Source: Azolla caroliniana
Taxonomy: Eukaryota; Plantae; Polypodiophyta
Direction: 5' to 3'
DNA length: 64,000 nt
Assembly: GCA_043228905.1 (NCBI GenBank)
Contig: JBHGNT010000013.1
Span: 8,184,001-8,248,000 of the forward strand
This document shows, in pieces, positions 40,371 through 54,216 of this stretch. Position 1 is the first letter of the stretch, and every line of letters starts with the position of its first letter. Under the pieces are notes generated by a model, which was not told the origin of the DNA, searched no databases, and saw only the letters and a list, made by a program, of their open reading frames with translations. The position numbers and the translations under genes were made by a program.

Positions 40371-40534
40371 ATTGCAATATGATCAAAAGCACCGCTTTTG
40401 GAGCCCAAGCTTCCGTCGTAATCTTCTCATTGTTGCTCCTCCTACTGATTCTGCTTTTGATTCTCCCCATTCTACAGCCACCCATGAATTAGAATCCGTA
40501 CCCCAATCAGTTGTCTGCGATGCATGGATTAGGA

Positions 40535-40963
40535 TGACCTTTCCACCTCCCTTGACCATGAAGAATCAACCCATGAGCGATGTCTTTCATCCATTGCTAC
40601 TGCTACCCATGGTTGGATGGGCCTGCTCCTAGCTGACTACATAGAGCTTGTCCAATTTGCATCACCTCTTGGTTGAGAGCTTCCATTGCATACTTGATAG
40701 CCTGTGTTGAGCCTCTAGCCACCACATCCTTCAATTCTTGGATTTTGGCTTCTACTTTCTCCTTCATTTCAAATGACACTTCTAGTTTGAGTCAAAGTTG
40801 ACAGCTCCATTTTTGCTTTCTCTGCAATTTCTGCTTACTTGTCTTTGAGGAGTTCAATGCCTTCATCTTTCTTGAAATTTGATGCCCACCATTCCACAAT
40901 ACGCATATCAAAATCATCTCCACCAAGGTGAGTATCCCCAAATGTGGACAACATCTCAAAGAC
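40535..40963 (-). pseudogene. Plastid stromal HSP70 gene fragment with large internal deletion
   Basis: [56 protein letters not shown] joined to EMKEKVEAKIQELKDVVARGSTQAIKYAMEALNQEVMQIGQAL. Confidence 0.9.
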
Positions 40964-41784
40964 TCAATCAGCTTGCATACTACTGTTTTTACTCAGCTCA
41001 CATACCTATGAACTATCAGTAAAATGGGCATCGATCATGTCGTCTCCTGAAGATTTGGTTGAAGAAGCATTATTAGGCCTTGCAGGGTCTTTTGGTCCTG
41101 TTCCAGCCGATGATGGCCCTGTTCTCTTCAGGTATAACGCTCTTCGGGTACCTCATGATGAGGTCTCTGATGATGATGATGGAATGCAGCTTGGGAAGCC
41201 CAGGCGTGAGGCATGCAAAGGGTAAACAACAGAAGCCATGGGAGGAAGAGATGGACTATGATGTGTAGTCCTTACAAAATGACATACACGGAGATGGAAA
41301 GTTTAGAGAGTGAATCAAAAGCGGAAGTAATCGCTGATGGTGAGGAAAGTATAGACGGATCTCATAGATCTATGGAAACCTTAAAAATGATGGATTCGAA
41401 GCAGAAGCAAGAGTTTAGGGGTTAACACACATACATGGGACGAAAACCTTGTGCTCCTTGATCACAACTGACTGCTGAACATCGAAGAACAAGCAAGAAG
41501 TTTTAGGGTTAACCGAGGGACGGTTTCTCGTAGAGTGAGATATGAAGGTGAGAGAGCGGTGGGGGGCTTTGTTAGGGTTTTTGAGGCCTAGATATTTCTC
41601 ACAACAGTGATGGAGAATCGAAGCTTGGCTTCACATAGAGAGTTCAAGCTCAAATGACACTTGTTGATACAAATAGACACATACACAAGAAGAGATGGAG
41701 GGATTAGTGATGGTGAGGGAGAGTGAGGGAGTGAGAGAATGACCTCTTCTCAAGGTAGGGTCGGCAGTTCAGGCGTGCCAAAAG

Positions 41785-41918
41785 TGTTGTCGAGGTGGGG
41801 GGTGAAGCCATTCTCCCAAAGGGGTTATGTGTGGGAGAGAGAGAAGGAGAGTGAAACAAAGAAACAACACCAAAATGAGAGGGAAAAAGTTATTCATTAC
41901 ATACCCCATAGGGGTTTT
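41785..41918 (-). mobile_element. Short terminal fragment of family E LTR
   Basis: Near-identical to 38893-39040 (cccaaaggggttatgtgtgggagagagagaaggagagtgaaacaaag...). Confidence 0.85.
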
Positions 41919-41979
41919 ACAAATTGACTTTCGGGGTGCTGATGGAAGAGCCAGCCCCCACATCCAAGCATCCGCCTCT

Positions 41980-43500
41980 TCCAGTTTGCAGGTATGCACT
42001 GCTCTCGCCACCATCAATCACTCCACCCACACCATCTTGTTAGACTCTAGTAGTAGTATCTCTTTCATTAGCATCGTTTTAGTTCACCAATTAGGCCTCC
42101 TTACATCCACCGCTCCCTTCATCCAAGTCTTTTTTGGCGATCACCAACATCTATACCACTCTCGCACGCAAGCCCACTACACCTTCACCTTAGGCATTCT
42201 CACCTTCTCACACCATGTTTATGTCTTGCCCCACCAACTCTTCTTCCCCCTCACCTTAGGTTGCGATTGGTTCCTCAAGCGTCACACTGTGATTGATTTC
42301 GATGCCCATGAACTTCTTGTCCCACATGCTCCCCCTATCCCCTTCCTGCACGATAGCTCCCTTGTTCCCCACCTTAGCCAAATCCAGGTGGCCCTCAGTC
42401 CACAAGAGTGATTGGTCCCTATCTGCCAATTCTTAGCTTGTTTTCCGTCACTAACCCTCCAACCCACGCATTTTCCTACTGTCTCTTTCCCGGTACAACG
42501 TGCCATTCATACCGAGGAAGCCATTCCCATCCACATGGCTACCTGCCAATGTTCCCCCCTCAAACATGATCGCATCGATGCTACCGTCATCAACATGCTC
42601 ACCAAAGGTATTAACATTCCTTCCCCCATTGATTGGGTTTCAGAACCCCACCTCGTCAAGAAGGATGGTGGCACCTTCCGCTTTTGTATCGACTTCAAGC
42701 CTCTCAACAAAGTGACTATCCATGACTTCTACCCGCTCCCTCACGTGGACGACCTCTTGGATCAACTCGATGGCTCCCGTTATTTCACCTCCCTTGACTT
42801 CGCCTCGGGATATTGGCAGATCCCCCTAAAGCCTTCTAATGCCCAGAAGACTGCATTCCACACACGCTACAAGTTGTTCTAGTTCACCCACATGCCGTTT
42901 GGCCTGTCTGATGCTTGCAGCACATTCCAACGCATTGAAAACTCCATCTTCACCACCTTTATCAGCAAAGGTGTCCTCCTCGCTTATCTCAATGACATCC
43001 TTATCCACACGACCACTTGGGAGGAACATCCACAAACTCTTGTTGAAGTCCTCGCTTGCATAACCAAGCATAACTTGCAACTCAAATTGAAGAAGTGTGA
43101 TGGGGAAGCACCGGCCTCCGTTTTCTCGACTTCATCATCTTTGGCGACGGAATCGGTATGGACCTTGCAAAGGTAGCTGCCATCACCGACTAACCCCACC
43201 CCACCTCAATAAAACTTTGCAACGTTTTTTGGGCATGATCACCTATTCCCTTCTCTTCATCCCAAACCTCGCCTTAGTCACTTTTCCCTCCGCCAACTCT
43301 TGAAGAAAGATGTGTCATTCATTTGGGATCCTTCTTGCAAAGATAGCTTTCACGTTGCAAACAGACGCATCAAACCATGGGTTACAAGCCGTCCTCTTGC
43401 AAGTTGATTGCAAGAAAAGGTTGTCGCCTTCATTAGCCACACTCTCATGCTGGCTGAACACAACTACTCAACCACTGAGAAGGAACTACTTGCGATCGCC
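41980..43500 (+). pseudogene. Gypsy pol fragment (protease, RT, RNase H), degraded
   Basis: ILLDSSSS, RFCIDFKPLN, LDFASGYWQI, MPFGL, AYLNDILIH, LQTDASNHG. Confidence 0.9.
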
Positions 43501-44399
43501 TGGCTACGAATCTAGCCTAGTACGTAGGCATATTTTTAGGAGTCCGTGTCAGTTGCTCGTATGAGCATTGAAGTACTTGTTAGTACTTCTGTCAATCCTT
43601 TTAAGGAGTTGTATAAAAGTGCTCACAGAGCACATTGTATGTACAAAGTATTATTATTTTGAATTGAGTTATTCTGTTCTGCTCTCTCTCTATCTCTTCA
43701 ATGTAAGGTTTCCATTAATCCTGTGTCTGTATTCCTTTGTTATCCGGACGATCCAGTTTGTCTTAGCTTTCGCAATCGTATTATTTCACATTGTATCATA
43801 GCACAAGGGTTGAGAACCTTTGCAGCCGACAAGCAAGCACCATGGCCCGGAAGCTGCTACTCCGACAGGAGTTGAGCAATGTTCGACAGAAGAACATGTT
43901 GGTGGCCGACTATACGGCCCAGATTAAAGACATATGCGACTCACTTGCCTCTATGAAGGTAACCGTCGAGGAAGATGAGATGGTGCAGGTTTGTCTCGGG
44001 GGCCTGGCGTCGATGTTAAGAGCATTCCGTATGGTGGTCTGTCCAAGGGAGAATAATGCCCTCATTTTTCGAGTTATAGTCGATGCTCCTCGTAGAGGAG
44101 AACCATGTGGGTGCGTCAACTAGCACGCACACCGACAACAGGATGTTGTACACAGAGGCGGAGAGGCCTTGGGGTCGTGGCGGACGAGGCGGATCAGCAC
44201 ACGGTGGAAGCGGCTGACAAGAGCAAAATTGGAGGCACAATGATGGTGCCGATAACAGTTATGGACCCTCCACAAGTAGGGGGAGTCAAAGCACCACTTG
44301 AAACTGGCGGAAGAAGACTGTGATGGATTGTTAGTACTATGGCCAGAAGGGTCACAAAGAGAGCGAGTGCTGGAAAAATGCGCCGATTCGGACAAATGC

Positions 44400-45750
44400 G
44401 GATACAACAAGGCAAGAATGAGGTAACCAAGAAAACAGATGCGCTGGCGGGAGAACGAACGAAGGCGGTTGAATCGGCAAAGCTGCTAGAGGAAGCGGCA
44501 AGGGAAAGCACAGTACTCACCGAACAACACTATGAAGAGATGGAACGAGCAAAATTGGCTTTGAATAGGGTTCTAACAACTTATTAGACTCAATTGCTGG
44601 AATATGGGGTGCAAGCACAGACAACCGCGGGCTTGATAAAGAAGTTAAAGGAGGAAAAGCAGGCCGCGAAGGACAAATCCAAGATGGGGCTCAACCACAT
44701 CCGCGCCATTGTTGCTAGCATGGAAAGCAAGGACAAAGAGTACGATTGATGAAAGCTCAGTGCAATGGTGGTCAAAATGGGCGCAACAAGCGGCAGAATT
44801 ACAAACTCTGTGAGCAGATGCTGAGAACTGGAGAAAGGATGGTGACAACTTCGATAAGATGGATGCGGAGAGTAGTCTAATATCTAGGAGGAGTTGTCAG
44901 ACGATTTTTTGTCCCTCGCAGGAGAACAACTGGCGGCTATAAGATGGGCTGGTGGAATAGTTAGATGATGACCAACTTGAGATTCAACTCCAATTCGAGC
45001 GATTCGAATGGGAGCATAGACGGCAAGAGATGTCACGGACAACGACGATCAACATAAGTGATGGAGAGCAATCTCCGGAGCAGCCACCAAATCTAGCTGG
45101 AGCCGGATGAAGCCATAATGGATCAACCGGGAGAGACCATACTGGAATAGCCAGCAGAAGTCAAACGAGAGCAGTCGGAAGCAGAAAGAGCAAAGGTGGG
45201 AGCAGATGAAGCTGGAGAAGACGCAACTACCGGAGCAAGAAGGCAGCAACCACGTCAGCAAGAGCTAGAGCAAGAGCGGCAAAGCGAGGACCCCCTCGAA
45301 CCTCTTGACTAGAGCATTCTGGACATACTTGATGAAGAATAGTGGAGCAAACCCGTGGGTTCGACATACAATGTACTGTCCAACGAGCGTGCCATGTGTT
45401 GGCCAATGGCGGCCAAGTATGGAAGGAGGAAGAGGAGTGCTAGTTCCTAGAAATATAATTAAATAACTAAGAATTATGTTAGGAACGGACGGATCCGGAA
45501 GAGGTATGCCGATTCGGATCCGGACTGATTCATAGTCGGTTGCCGATTAGGCACCATTTTGTAGCATAGAACAAATGCTTATAAAAGGATCCGGATATCA
45601 TTGTATGAACGACGGAACATTAATATAAGAGTGTGTTATTATTGTCTATCTGATCTTTATCCCGTTTTGTGTTTAATGTATTGATCTTATGCGTGTAACA
45701 TTGTGTGTTGTGAATCGGATCTCCACCGGACGTTAACCGGTTGAAACCTA
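44400..45750 (+). mobile_element. Retroelement remnant with coiled-coil ORF fragment and LTR-like end
   Basis: WAQQAAELQTL*ADAENW at 44778 matches 22918; TATA ttataaaagg near 45580; boundaries approximate. Confidence 0.55.
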
Positions 45751-46715
45751 TCGAAGTTGGAAATCTTTACCGCAACAACCCCTTTGGTGAAGTGATTCGG
45801 AAGGACACCTTGTGTTAGTGGCTAGTCCGGCCCAGGAGTAACATACATCCACATATGCATTTTCACTTGGAAGCACCTCGGTAGTAAGCAGCCAATAGTA
45901 GCACTGTCGAGCACTGAGGAGTGGTTGTCGCAACATGCGAAGCCTTATCACTGAAAGGGCTCCTGAAGGATTTGCGAGTGGAGGTGTCTGATCCGACGAT
46001 GATCAATTGTGACAACCTCAGTAGCATCCAGTTGGCAAAGAACCCCGTCTTTCACACAAGGACTAAGCACATCAAGGGCCACTATCATTTTGTCTGAGGG
46101 CGCATTCTCTCTGGTGAAGTTGAACTGCTGTTGGTTCCGATGGATCAGTAGGTGGTCGATATCTTCACCAAACCCCTCGGCTTGGACAAGTTGCAGCAAT
46201 TTTCTGGTGCACTAGGTGTGTAGTTCCTGGATATGCTGAACTTGAGGGGGAAGAATGAGGAAGATGACCGAAAAGCCAAGTCGGAAACCGATTTTAACTT
46301 TGGCGCAACGGAAGAAGTCGGAGTGCAGGGGACAGCTAAAGAAGGGGAGACCGGACGTAGGGGGAGCCACCAGAGCGGAGGGCCCAAGCTGGAGCCAGCC
46401 AAAAGATGGGAAGGAGAAGCCAGAAATACCAAGACCCGGACGTGATCCGATGTGGTGAAGGGTCTGGACATTGAGGACGAATTGGAGATAGCCAATTTGG
46501 ACTAGATCTAGAACAAATCAGAAGCACCCAATTCGGAAACGGTGCTTGATTCGAAGGAGCCGGATCAACTTAAGGCCAAACGGATAAGGAGGCAGCAGAA
46601 GTCGACACCAACACGGATGAACCAACGGGTTGAGACGCGTCGGAGTCACAACAGCAAAGGGGCTGAGTTGGGCCTTTAGAGCAGACAAGCTGATTGAGAA
46701 AGTCAAGGAGCGCGG

Positions 46716-49700
46716 TGTCGTGAAGAAAACCGGCCCTAAGAGGAATCAAGGAATTAAAGGCGTGAACCTGCCCTTGCACAAGTGTGCACGAATTGATACA
46801 TTGTACATAACTAGGAATAGGACGGTTGATGTAAATATACTAGGTATGACATATTAATTAGCTAGGAAATCGACGCGTATCTCTGTCCGAAGGGACAGAG
46901 AATAAAGTTGATATGTTTTGATGTAACGGCCTCCTCAGCGACCTATAAAAGGGAGGGGAGAAGAAGAAGAAAGGGGATCACGTTTTGGCGAGGACGAGGT
47001 GCTATCAGACTGGGTATCGAGTTCTCTGTTCCTCTATCGTTGCTCTCCACTCAGTTTTTGAGTCGGTTGCCTCTCTTGCGTGTAAGCCCGCGTACTGCCA
47101 ACACAGGCTCCATCGGGAGTTCTTTGTGTCGCGTGGGTGCGCGTGGGTTCTCTGTGTCGGGTCTATTGCCGGCAAGCCGGTTGTAATCTTGCATACATTG
47201 TAACCTTGCTAGTTATCGAATTCAAACTTCTGATTTCTCTCTCTTTGATCTCTTAAACCCCTCGGTCCAAGACCCCCAAGACCCCCGCGGTCCTGCCTTA
47301 GTTTCTCCCACGTGAGCGGAACTACAACGACATTAATCTGGTGAACCCGACGTGAAACAAAGTGGCAGAGGAGTTGGAGATGAGGAGATCGGAGCTCACC
47401 AGCGGTTGATCGGATAGGAAGCGCTCGTGAGGGCACAGGCACCCTCGATAGGGCCATTGAAGCGATTTTCAGCGCGACGGGCCAGTTCAATGGTAAGAAT
47501 GCCACGAGTTATTTGGAGGCCTATCGGGCTGAAATGGTGATGATGGACATTCCGGAAGATAGGCGGTTGGCCAATTTCCCTTGGGTGGCGACGCCAGGCA
47601 TTCACGCAGAGGTACTCGAGGTACAACCTCGATGCCGGACCTAGGGAGAGTTTGAAGGTCGGATCCTTGAGAAATACGGGCTCGATGACTCGCTTCGGCT
47701 ATCAAAGTGAGAGTTCATGGAGTGGGTGGAGACCCCCGGAAAGGTGAGGAACACGTCTGCGCTCCTCCAGGAATTTGAAAGACGGTTCGCTCGATTGTCG
47801 GCGCTGGACCGGACTGTGCTCAACACGAGTTGGGTCCTGTTGTTCGTCAGAGTGGTGGACGCGTTCGACTCAGAGAAAGTGGGTCTCCTATTGGAGACGG
47901 ACGAAGGGCTCATGACAGACTGGGTTGTGGTAAAACAAGTCTATAGTCGTTTCGACAAACGGCGTGAATGGAGCGGCGAGGGATCGCCATCAGCAAGGCT
48001 AGTCCTGGCAAGGGAATTCGAGGAGCCGGCATCGGTAAGGAAAGATGAGACTCGAACTTGGCTAGAGTCGGGTGCGGGCCAGTCCGACGCGGTCAAGGGT
48101 CTCTCCGAGGGATCAGCTCTAGAAGAGCTGACACAAATGGTGCAGGATCTCCAGATTGCGTAGGCCCGGAGAGATAGCGGCGAACATCCTTGTGACCAGA
48201 GGCTGCCAGCGAGGCAACGGTGCATGTGGTGTGACGCGATCGGTCACATCTGGAAGGAGTGCACGGATTTTGCAAAAGCACTCAGGACTAACGCGGTGTA
48301 CCTCTGGAATGGGCAGGCGGGTACATGCGAGCGAGACTCGGAAAGCCCTGGAGTTGAATATCGGGCGCGACGAAATGAAGCGGTTGATGAAGGAAGCCGC
48401 GGCACGACACGCAAAGGCCTTCCACTACTCTTCGTTGGTGGGTATCCGAGTTGGGGGCAACGAGGGCCGGAAGGCAAAAGACTCCGGATTCTGACCACTA
48501 GTGCTAGAAGGCCTCTCCGAGGTTCGGCTGAGAAAAGAGGAAGCGGACCGCGCAGAGCAGCGGATTCAGGAGGTCACCGGATGGGACGATCTGGTTGCAG
48601 AAGAGACCGGCTTCGTGGAAGCCGCATGCTAGAACTACGAGGTTCTAGTAGAAGACAAGCGCGCGGGAAAGGTTGGAGGGGCCGGTCCCTCACAATGGTA
48701 CAAGACCCGGTTCTAACCGAAGTCGAACGATGCCGCCAACACCAGCGCGCAAGATAGAAAGAAGCAGGCCGGTTTTCGGCTGAGCACCGAGATCGAGCGA
48801 ACGATGGACCTACGAAAGGTCCTTGAGGAACGAATCCTCGACAACAAGGTGGAGCTGTCGTTACCGGAGGTACTCGGGATTGCCAAGAAGGAGTTCCACG
48901 ACTCCATTGTAGACTTGGTAAAGCGTAAGCGACTCTCGATGGAGCCAGAGAAGCCTATGGAGGTGCGGACGACACGCCTAGAAGACACGGCCCTAGAGGA
49001 CGAGTTGGCGGACAGCTACTATTCGAAGTTGCATTGGGCCAGAGCCACTACGGAGACCCCTGTTCGGATCGGGGATGTTACGGAGTTGGAGGTGGCATTG
49101 ATAGACCATGGATCCGAAATCAACCTGATGTCCATGAATTTCTATAAGAAAAGGAAATGGCCGATCAACACCAAGCACTGGTGGAAGATACGCGCGGCGA
49201 CGCACGCTACAGAGGAGTTGCATGGTGCGTGCCCAAATGTACGCGTAAAGATCGACGACGTCGAGATAGATCAACACTTCTTTGTGCAGGAAACATCCTC
49301 GCACCCGGTGATACTCGGTGAACTGTACATTACAACGACACGCATGAAAACGAAGGTGCTTGACAACGGTTTGGCATACGCGAGCGTGAAGAGCCAGGAC
49401 GGGCAGTGCTCCGTTCAATTTTTGACGGTGAGGCAGAATCATGAGCGTAACCGCGAGACCCTCGGCGGTGATAGCCGAGGGGATTTTTAGAGAGGGCTAT
49501 CAAGGCGTGGTGCCGCGGTAGTCCGGACACCCCGGGAAAACCCCACATATGTACCATAGGTAAGAAATTTTGGTTCTCCGATAAGGGAGGTTGTACTATA
49601 GCCAGCATCAACGGTCGGGAAAAGAAGCGGGCAGAGGAAAGATTCAAGGCGTACGGTGTCCTTGGCCCTGACAAAGAGATTGGCGGCGCCATGGAGGCGG

Positions 49701-52700
49701 TCTCCTTCGATGACACCCTAGGGGAATTACGCGGTGTGGTCAAAGAAGGCCTTAGTGAAGACCAGACGAATCCGGTTAGCTTGGTGGAGATGTACGAAGT
49801 CATTGCTGACTTCGGAGAAAGGGTCAAGTCAGACCAAACGGCTTGCGTGGATACAAGGTACAAGATTGTGGACTGGAATGTGAGGCCAATCACGGGTCCC
49901 TTGTTGCCGTCTGACCCAAGTTTGCGGAATCCGGCCGGCATAGGACACCGGTTCACCGACATAATGCTACGGGAGTTGAAGGTTGGTGGGGGTGGCTTTC
50001 TACTGTCGGCGGAGGAGGACCGGTTTCGGAGGATGCTCGAAAGGCATAGGAAGGCCTTCACATTCTCATTGGAGGAGATTGGGTGCGTAGACTTGACGAT
50101 CATAGAACCGATGGTGGTATTCACGATGCCTCATGTGTCGTGGAATCTCAAACCGATTCCGGTACCCAGAGCTCACGTCCCGAAGTTGATGGAGCTGCTG
50201 AAACAAAAAGTAGAGATGGGCATCCTCGAGCCGTCGAGTGCCCCGTATTCGAATCGGTGGTTCACCGTGCCGAAAAAGAATGGGACGCTACGCTTCATAC
50301 AGGACCTGCAGCCGGTCAACAAGGTGACCATTCGAAACGTAGGTATCAGACTGACAATCAAGTTCGTAGAGGCCTTCACCGGAAGGTCAATCTGTTCGGT
50401 AGGTGATCTATATTCGGGGTATGACCAGTTCGAATTAGACGTAGAGAGCAGGGATATCACGATGATGCGGACTCCTCTCGGCCTAGTGTGGATGTGTACC
50501 GTGTTGTAAGGAGGGACCAACTCGAGGTGACGCATATGGTGAATGCGATGAACCTGAGGGACTGCATCCCGGACATCACCATTCTTGGAAGACATCATGT
50601 CCGGTAGGGAATATGGACGAATGTTCGGACCAGACGGATGCCGGAAATTCGTCGCGGAGCACATCAACGATTGCGAGAGGGTGCTACAGAGACTTGACAG
50701 TGCGCGGCTCACCTTCTCTGGAGAGAAGTCAGCCTTCGGGCAGTCGAGGATCCTAGTAGTCGGGCACTTGTGCGGGCCTTACGACTGGAAACCGTCTTCG
50801 GCGAAGGTGGAGGCCATCACTGTGATGAAGGACGATTGTGGGTCGGTTACGGAGGTTTGGAGGTTCTTGGGGGTGTGTGCATTCTATCGCATCTAGATTC
50901 TGCACTACGCACACGTCGCGGATCCACTCTCTAGGCTGCTAAGAAAGGGGCGTAAATTGGAATGGGGCAAGGAGCATACGGAGTCAATCTGGAGACTGAA
51001 GGAGGCGCTTACTGTGGCACCGTCTCTCCGGAAAGCGGTTTATGGCAAGGAGGTCCCAATCTACGTAACCGTAGATACGAGCCCAACCTGGATAGGGTGG
51101 GTGATCAATCAGGAGGACGAGAGTGGCACGCTTCCCGATCCGGTTCGGGGCGAAGGTTCTCAGTTAGCGACAGCGAGAATACGCCCAACTTAAGCACGAA
51201 CTATGGGGTATCGTTTCGGCGGTCAAGACCAATAAAGACTACTTGATCGGGACAGAAGTAATCATCAAGACGGACTGCCTGCCGATCCTCGGTATGGTTT
51301 CCGGATGTGCAACTCCGGATCTGGAAATGCTCAGGTGGATCACGTACATTAAGTCCCTGGACCCGAAGATATGACACATCACCGAAAAGGACAACACCAT
51401 GGCCGATATGCTTTGTAGAGCGCGTTTTGACGACGAGAACTACATGGTTTCGAAGGACGAAGAAGTCGGCATAGACTTCTTCGAGTCAGCTCGCATAGCA
51501 ACAAGGCAGGCAACAGTCTGCCGCTTAATGAGCTCAACGAGAGTGAGTACAACGGGGAGTGGCTCCAGATTGGAAGGTTCCTTAGGACAATTATGCCAGA
51601 TGCAACATGGACCAGGGAGGAGGTTAACTGAATCCGGAAGAAAGCGTACCGATTCCTCCTATGGGACGGAAGTATATGGAAGCTCCCTAAGAAGCGAGGC
51701 AACGTTCCACTCCGCGTAGTGGCAAGGAAGGACGAGCAGGACAAGTTGTTAACGGCGTACCACGAGAGTCCTTGGGCCGGACACTGCGGGACATGGGCCA
51801 CATTCGAGAAACTAAAAGAGAAATATTGGTGGCCGGGGCTGTACCGGGATGTGTACTAGTTCATGACGACATGCGAAAGCTGTTAGTTGCACTCCACAGT
51901 CCGACAGCGAGATGAGCTACACCCAACCTACCCGCCAACCGTCCATTTCAAGTGGATGGTAGACTTAGTGACAATGTCGATGGGGGTAGGGCAGATGCGG
52001 TACCTGGTGCTTGCGCGGGAGGATTTGATGAACGAGGTGGAGGGTCGCGCACTACAGAACAAGACGACTCTGGCGGTGTGCCAGTTTCTGATCGAAGAGG
52101 TAGTATGCCGGTACGGGTGCGTAGGGAAGATCATGGCAGACCGAGGAGAGCTGAACGCACAAGAAGCTGAGGAGTTGTTTGATCGGCTAGGGGTCAAGCT
52201 CTCTTTCACCACGACATACAATTTGGAGGTCAACGGGAAGGTAGAACGCGGGCATGGGCCGATCGGGAAGGCGCTAGCACGCGCATGCGACGAACAGGTT
52301 GGGAATTGGCTGCGGCTCCTTCCTTACGCGTTGTGGGTGGACCGGACTACGCACAGTTCGGTAATAGGGTTCATGCTAGCAGAGCTGATGTACGGGCAAA
52401 AGCCAATATGCCGGTGGACCGGACGATTTCCTCCTGGGCGGTGATAGATTGGAGAGACGAGATGAGCCTGGAGGATCTGTTGGCGGCACAGATTCGACAG
52501 CTCGAGCGAAGACCGGAGGACGTGGAGCATGCAAAGGCGAAGCTACATGCGGCGAGGGAGAGGAACAAAGGCCGGTTCGACCGGACGCACCGGCTACGAC
52601 CAAAGAAGATCGAGGAAGGCGATTGGGTGTTGGTGTACGAGAGCAGCCTCAACAACCAGCACAAGGCAACGCGAAATTCATGAGGAGGTGGTTCAGGCCC

Positions 52701-53491
52701 TACGCCGTAACGGGCGCTTATGACAACGAGACGTATCATCTTGCGGAGCTCGACGGGACGCAATTAACAGTGTCGGTAGCCGAGAAGCGGATCAAGGTGT
52801 TCAAGAAGCGGCATGAGGACGAGCCGGACCCAGGAAGCGTGAACGACGACGACACCGGTTCGGAGTAGACGAGGATTCGGGACGTGACGGATAATTACGG
52901 GCCGGTCTTCTCCGGCGACTGTTAGTGTCTGGCGCATACCGGTGGATGCGCGGTTTGGTGGGGGTGGATGTCGTGAAGAAAACCAGCCCTAAGAGGAATC
53001 AAGGAATTAAAGGCGTGTCATATTAATTAGCTAGGAAATCAACGCGTATCTCTGTCCGAGGGGACAGAGAATAAAGTTGATATGTTTTGATGTAACGGCC
53101 TCCTTAGCAACCTATAAAAGGGAGGGGAGAAGAAGAAGAAAGGGGATCGTGTTTTGGCGAGGAAAAGGTGTTGTCGGACTGGGTATTGAGCTCTCTCCTC
53201 CTCTATCGTTGCTCTTGACTCTGTTTTTGCGTCAGTTGCCTCTACTGTGTGTAAGCCCGCGTGCTTCCAACAGAGGCTCCATCGTGAGTTCTCTGTGTCG
53301 CGTGTGTGTGCATGGGTTCTCTATGTCGGGTCTGTTGCCGGCTTGCCGGTTGAAATCTTGCATACATTGTAACCTTGTTAGTTATCGAATTCAAACTTCT
53401 GTTTTCTTTCTCTTTGATCTCTTAAACCCCTCGGTCCAAGACCCCCACGGTCCTGCCTTAGTTTCTCCCGCGTGAGCAGAACTACACGACA
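46716..53491 (+). mobile_element. Full-length but degenerate non-chromovirus Ty3/gypsy element
   Basis: LTRs 46716-47332 and 52969-53491 (tgtcg..cgaca), 4 bp TSD GCGG, PBS tggtgaacccgacgtga 47339-47355 (tRNA-Trp), PPT ggtgggggtgga; IDHGSEIN protease, YSNRWFTVPKK/DLYSGYDQF RT, VTVDTSP RNase H, WMVDLV/ADRGE/NGKVERGH integrase. Confidence 0.95.
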
Positions 53492-54216
53492 GCGGAACCG
53501 CACAGGTCGAGGAAAGCGGGACCAAACCAGACGAGGAACGCCAGCTAGGCGGGAGGAAGCCAACTGGAGCCAGAGGAAAGGACTGGTAGACACAAACACT
53601 AACACTATGATCCGATTTCAAGTTGAGCTTGAGGGGGGAGTGTTGAGCGGACAAGCTCAACCTGATCCAGATCGGTTGAATATGCTAGAGCCGGATCGGT
53701 ATCCGAAATGGAGAACCGGGTAGGTATCTGGATCGGTATCCAAAACCAAGAGTTGGGTCGGATTGTAACTGGCATGCCATTTGAGGCCTACGAATCTAGG
53801 CTAGTACGTAGACATATTTTTAGTCATCAAGGTCAATCGCTTGTATGAGCATTGAAGTACTTGTCAGTATTTCTGTCCGTCCTTTTAAGGACTTGTATAA
53901 AAGTGCTCATAGAGCGCATTGTATATACAGTGTGTTATTATTTTGAATTGAGTTATTCTCTTCTACTCTCTCTCTGTCTCTCCCGTGTAAAGTTTCCATT
54001 AAACTTGTGTTTGTATTCCTTTGTTATCCGCACGAGCCGGTTTGTCTTAGCTTCCGCAATCATATTCTTTTACAATATGTCAACGCAACCATGTTGTCTC
54101 GTAATGCTTTGGCTTCCACCCATTTAGTGTAGTAATACATTGGTACAATAATATAGTGATTCTCGATTCGTGCCATTGCTGGCTTGAAAGGTCGACAAAA
54201 TCTAATCCTTTGTTGA

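Larger units (their letters stand above)
43503..54074 (+). mobile_element. Fragmented copia element (partial 5' LTR 43503-43790, gag, RNase H, 3' LTR 53641-54074) hosting two insertions
   Basis: Degenerate PBS ttgtatcatagc, ARKLLLRQELSN gag, RNase H near 45800-46240, PPT gaggggggag 53631-53640; the two LTR pieces align. Confidence 0.8.
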
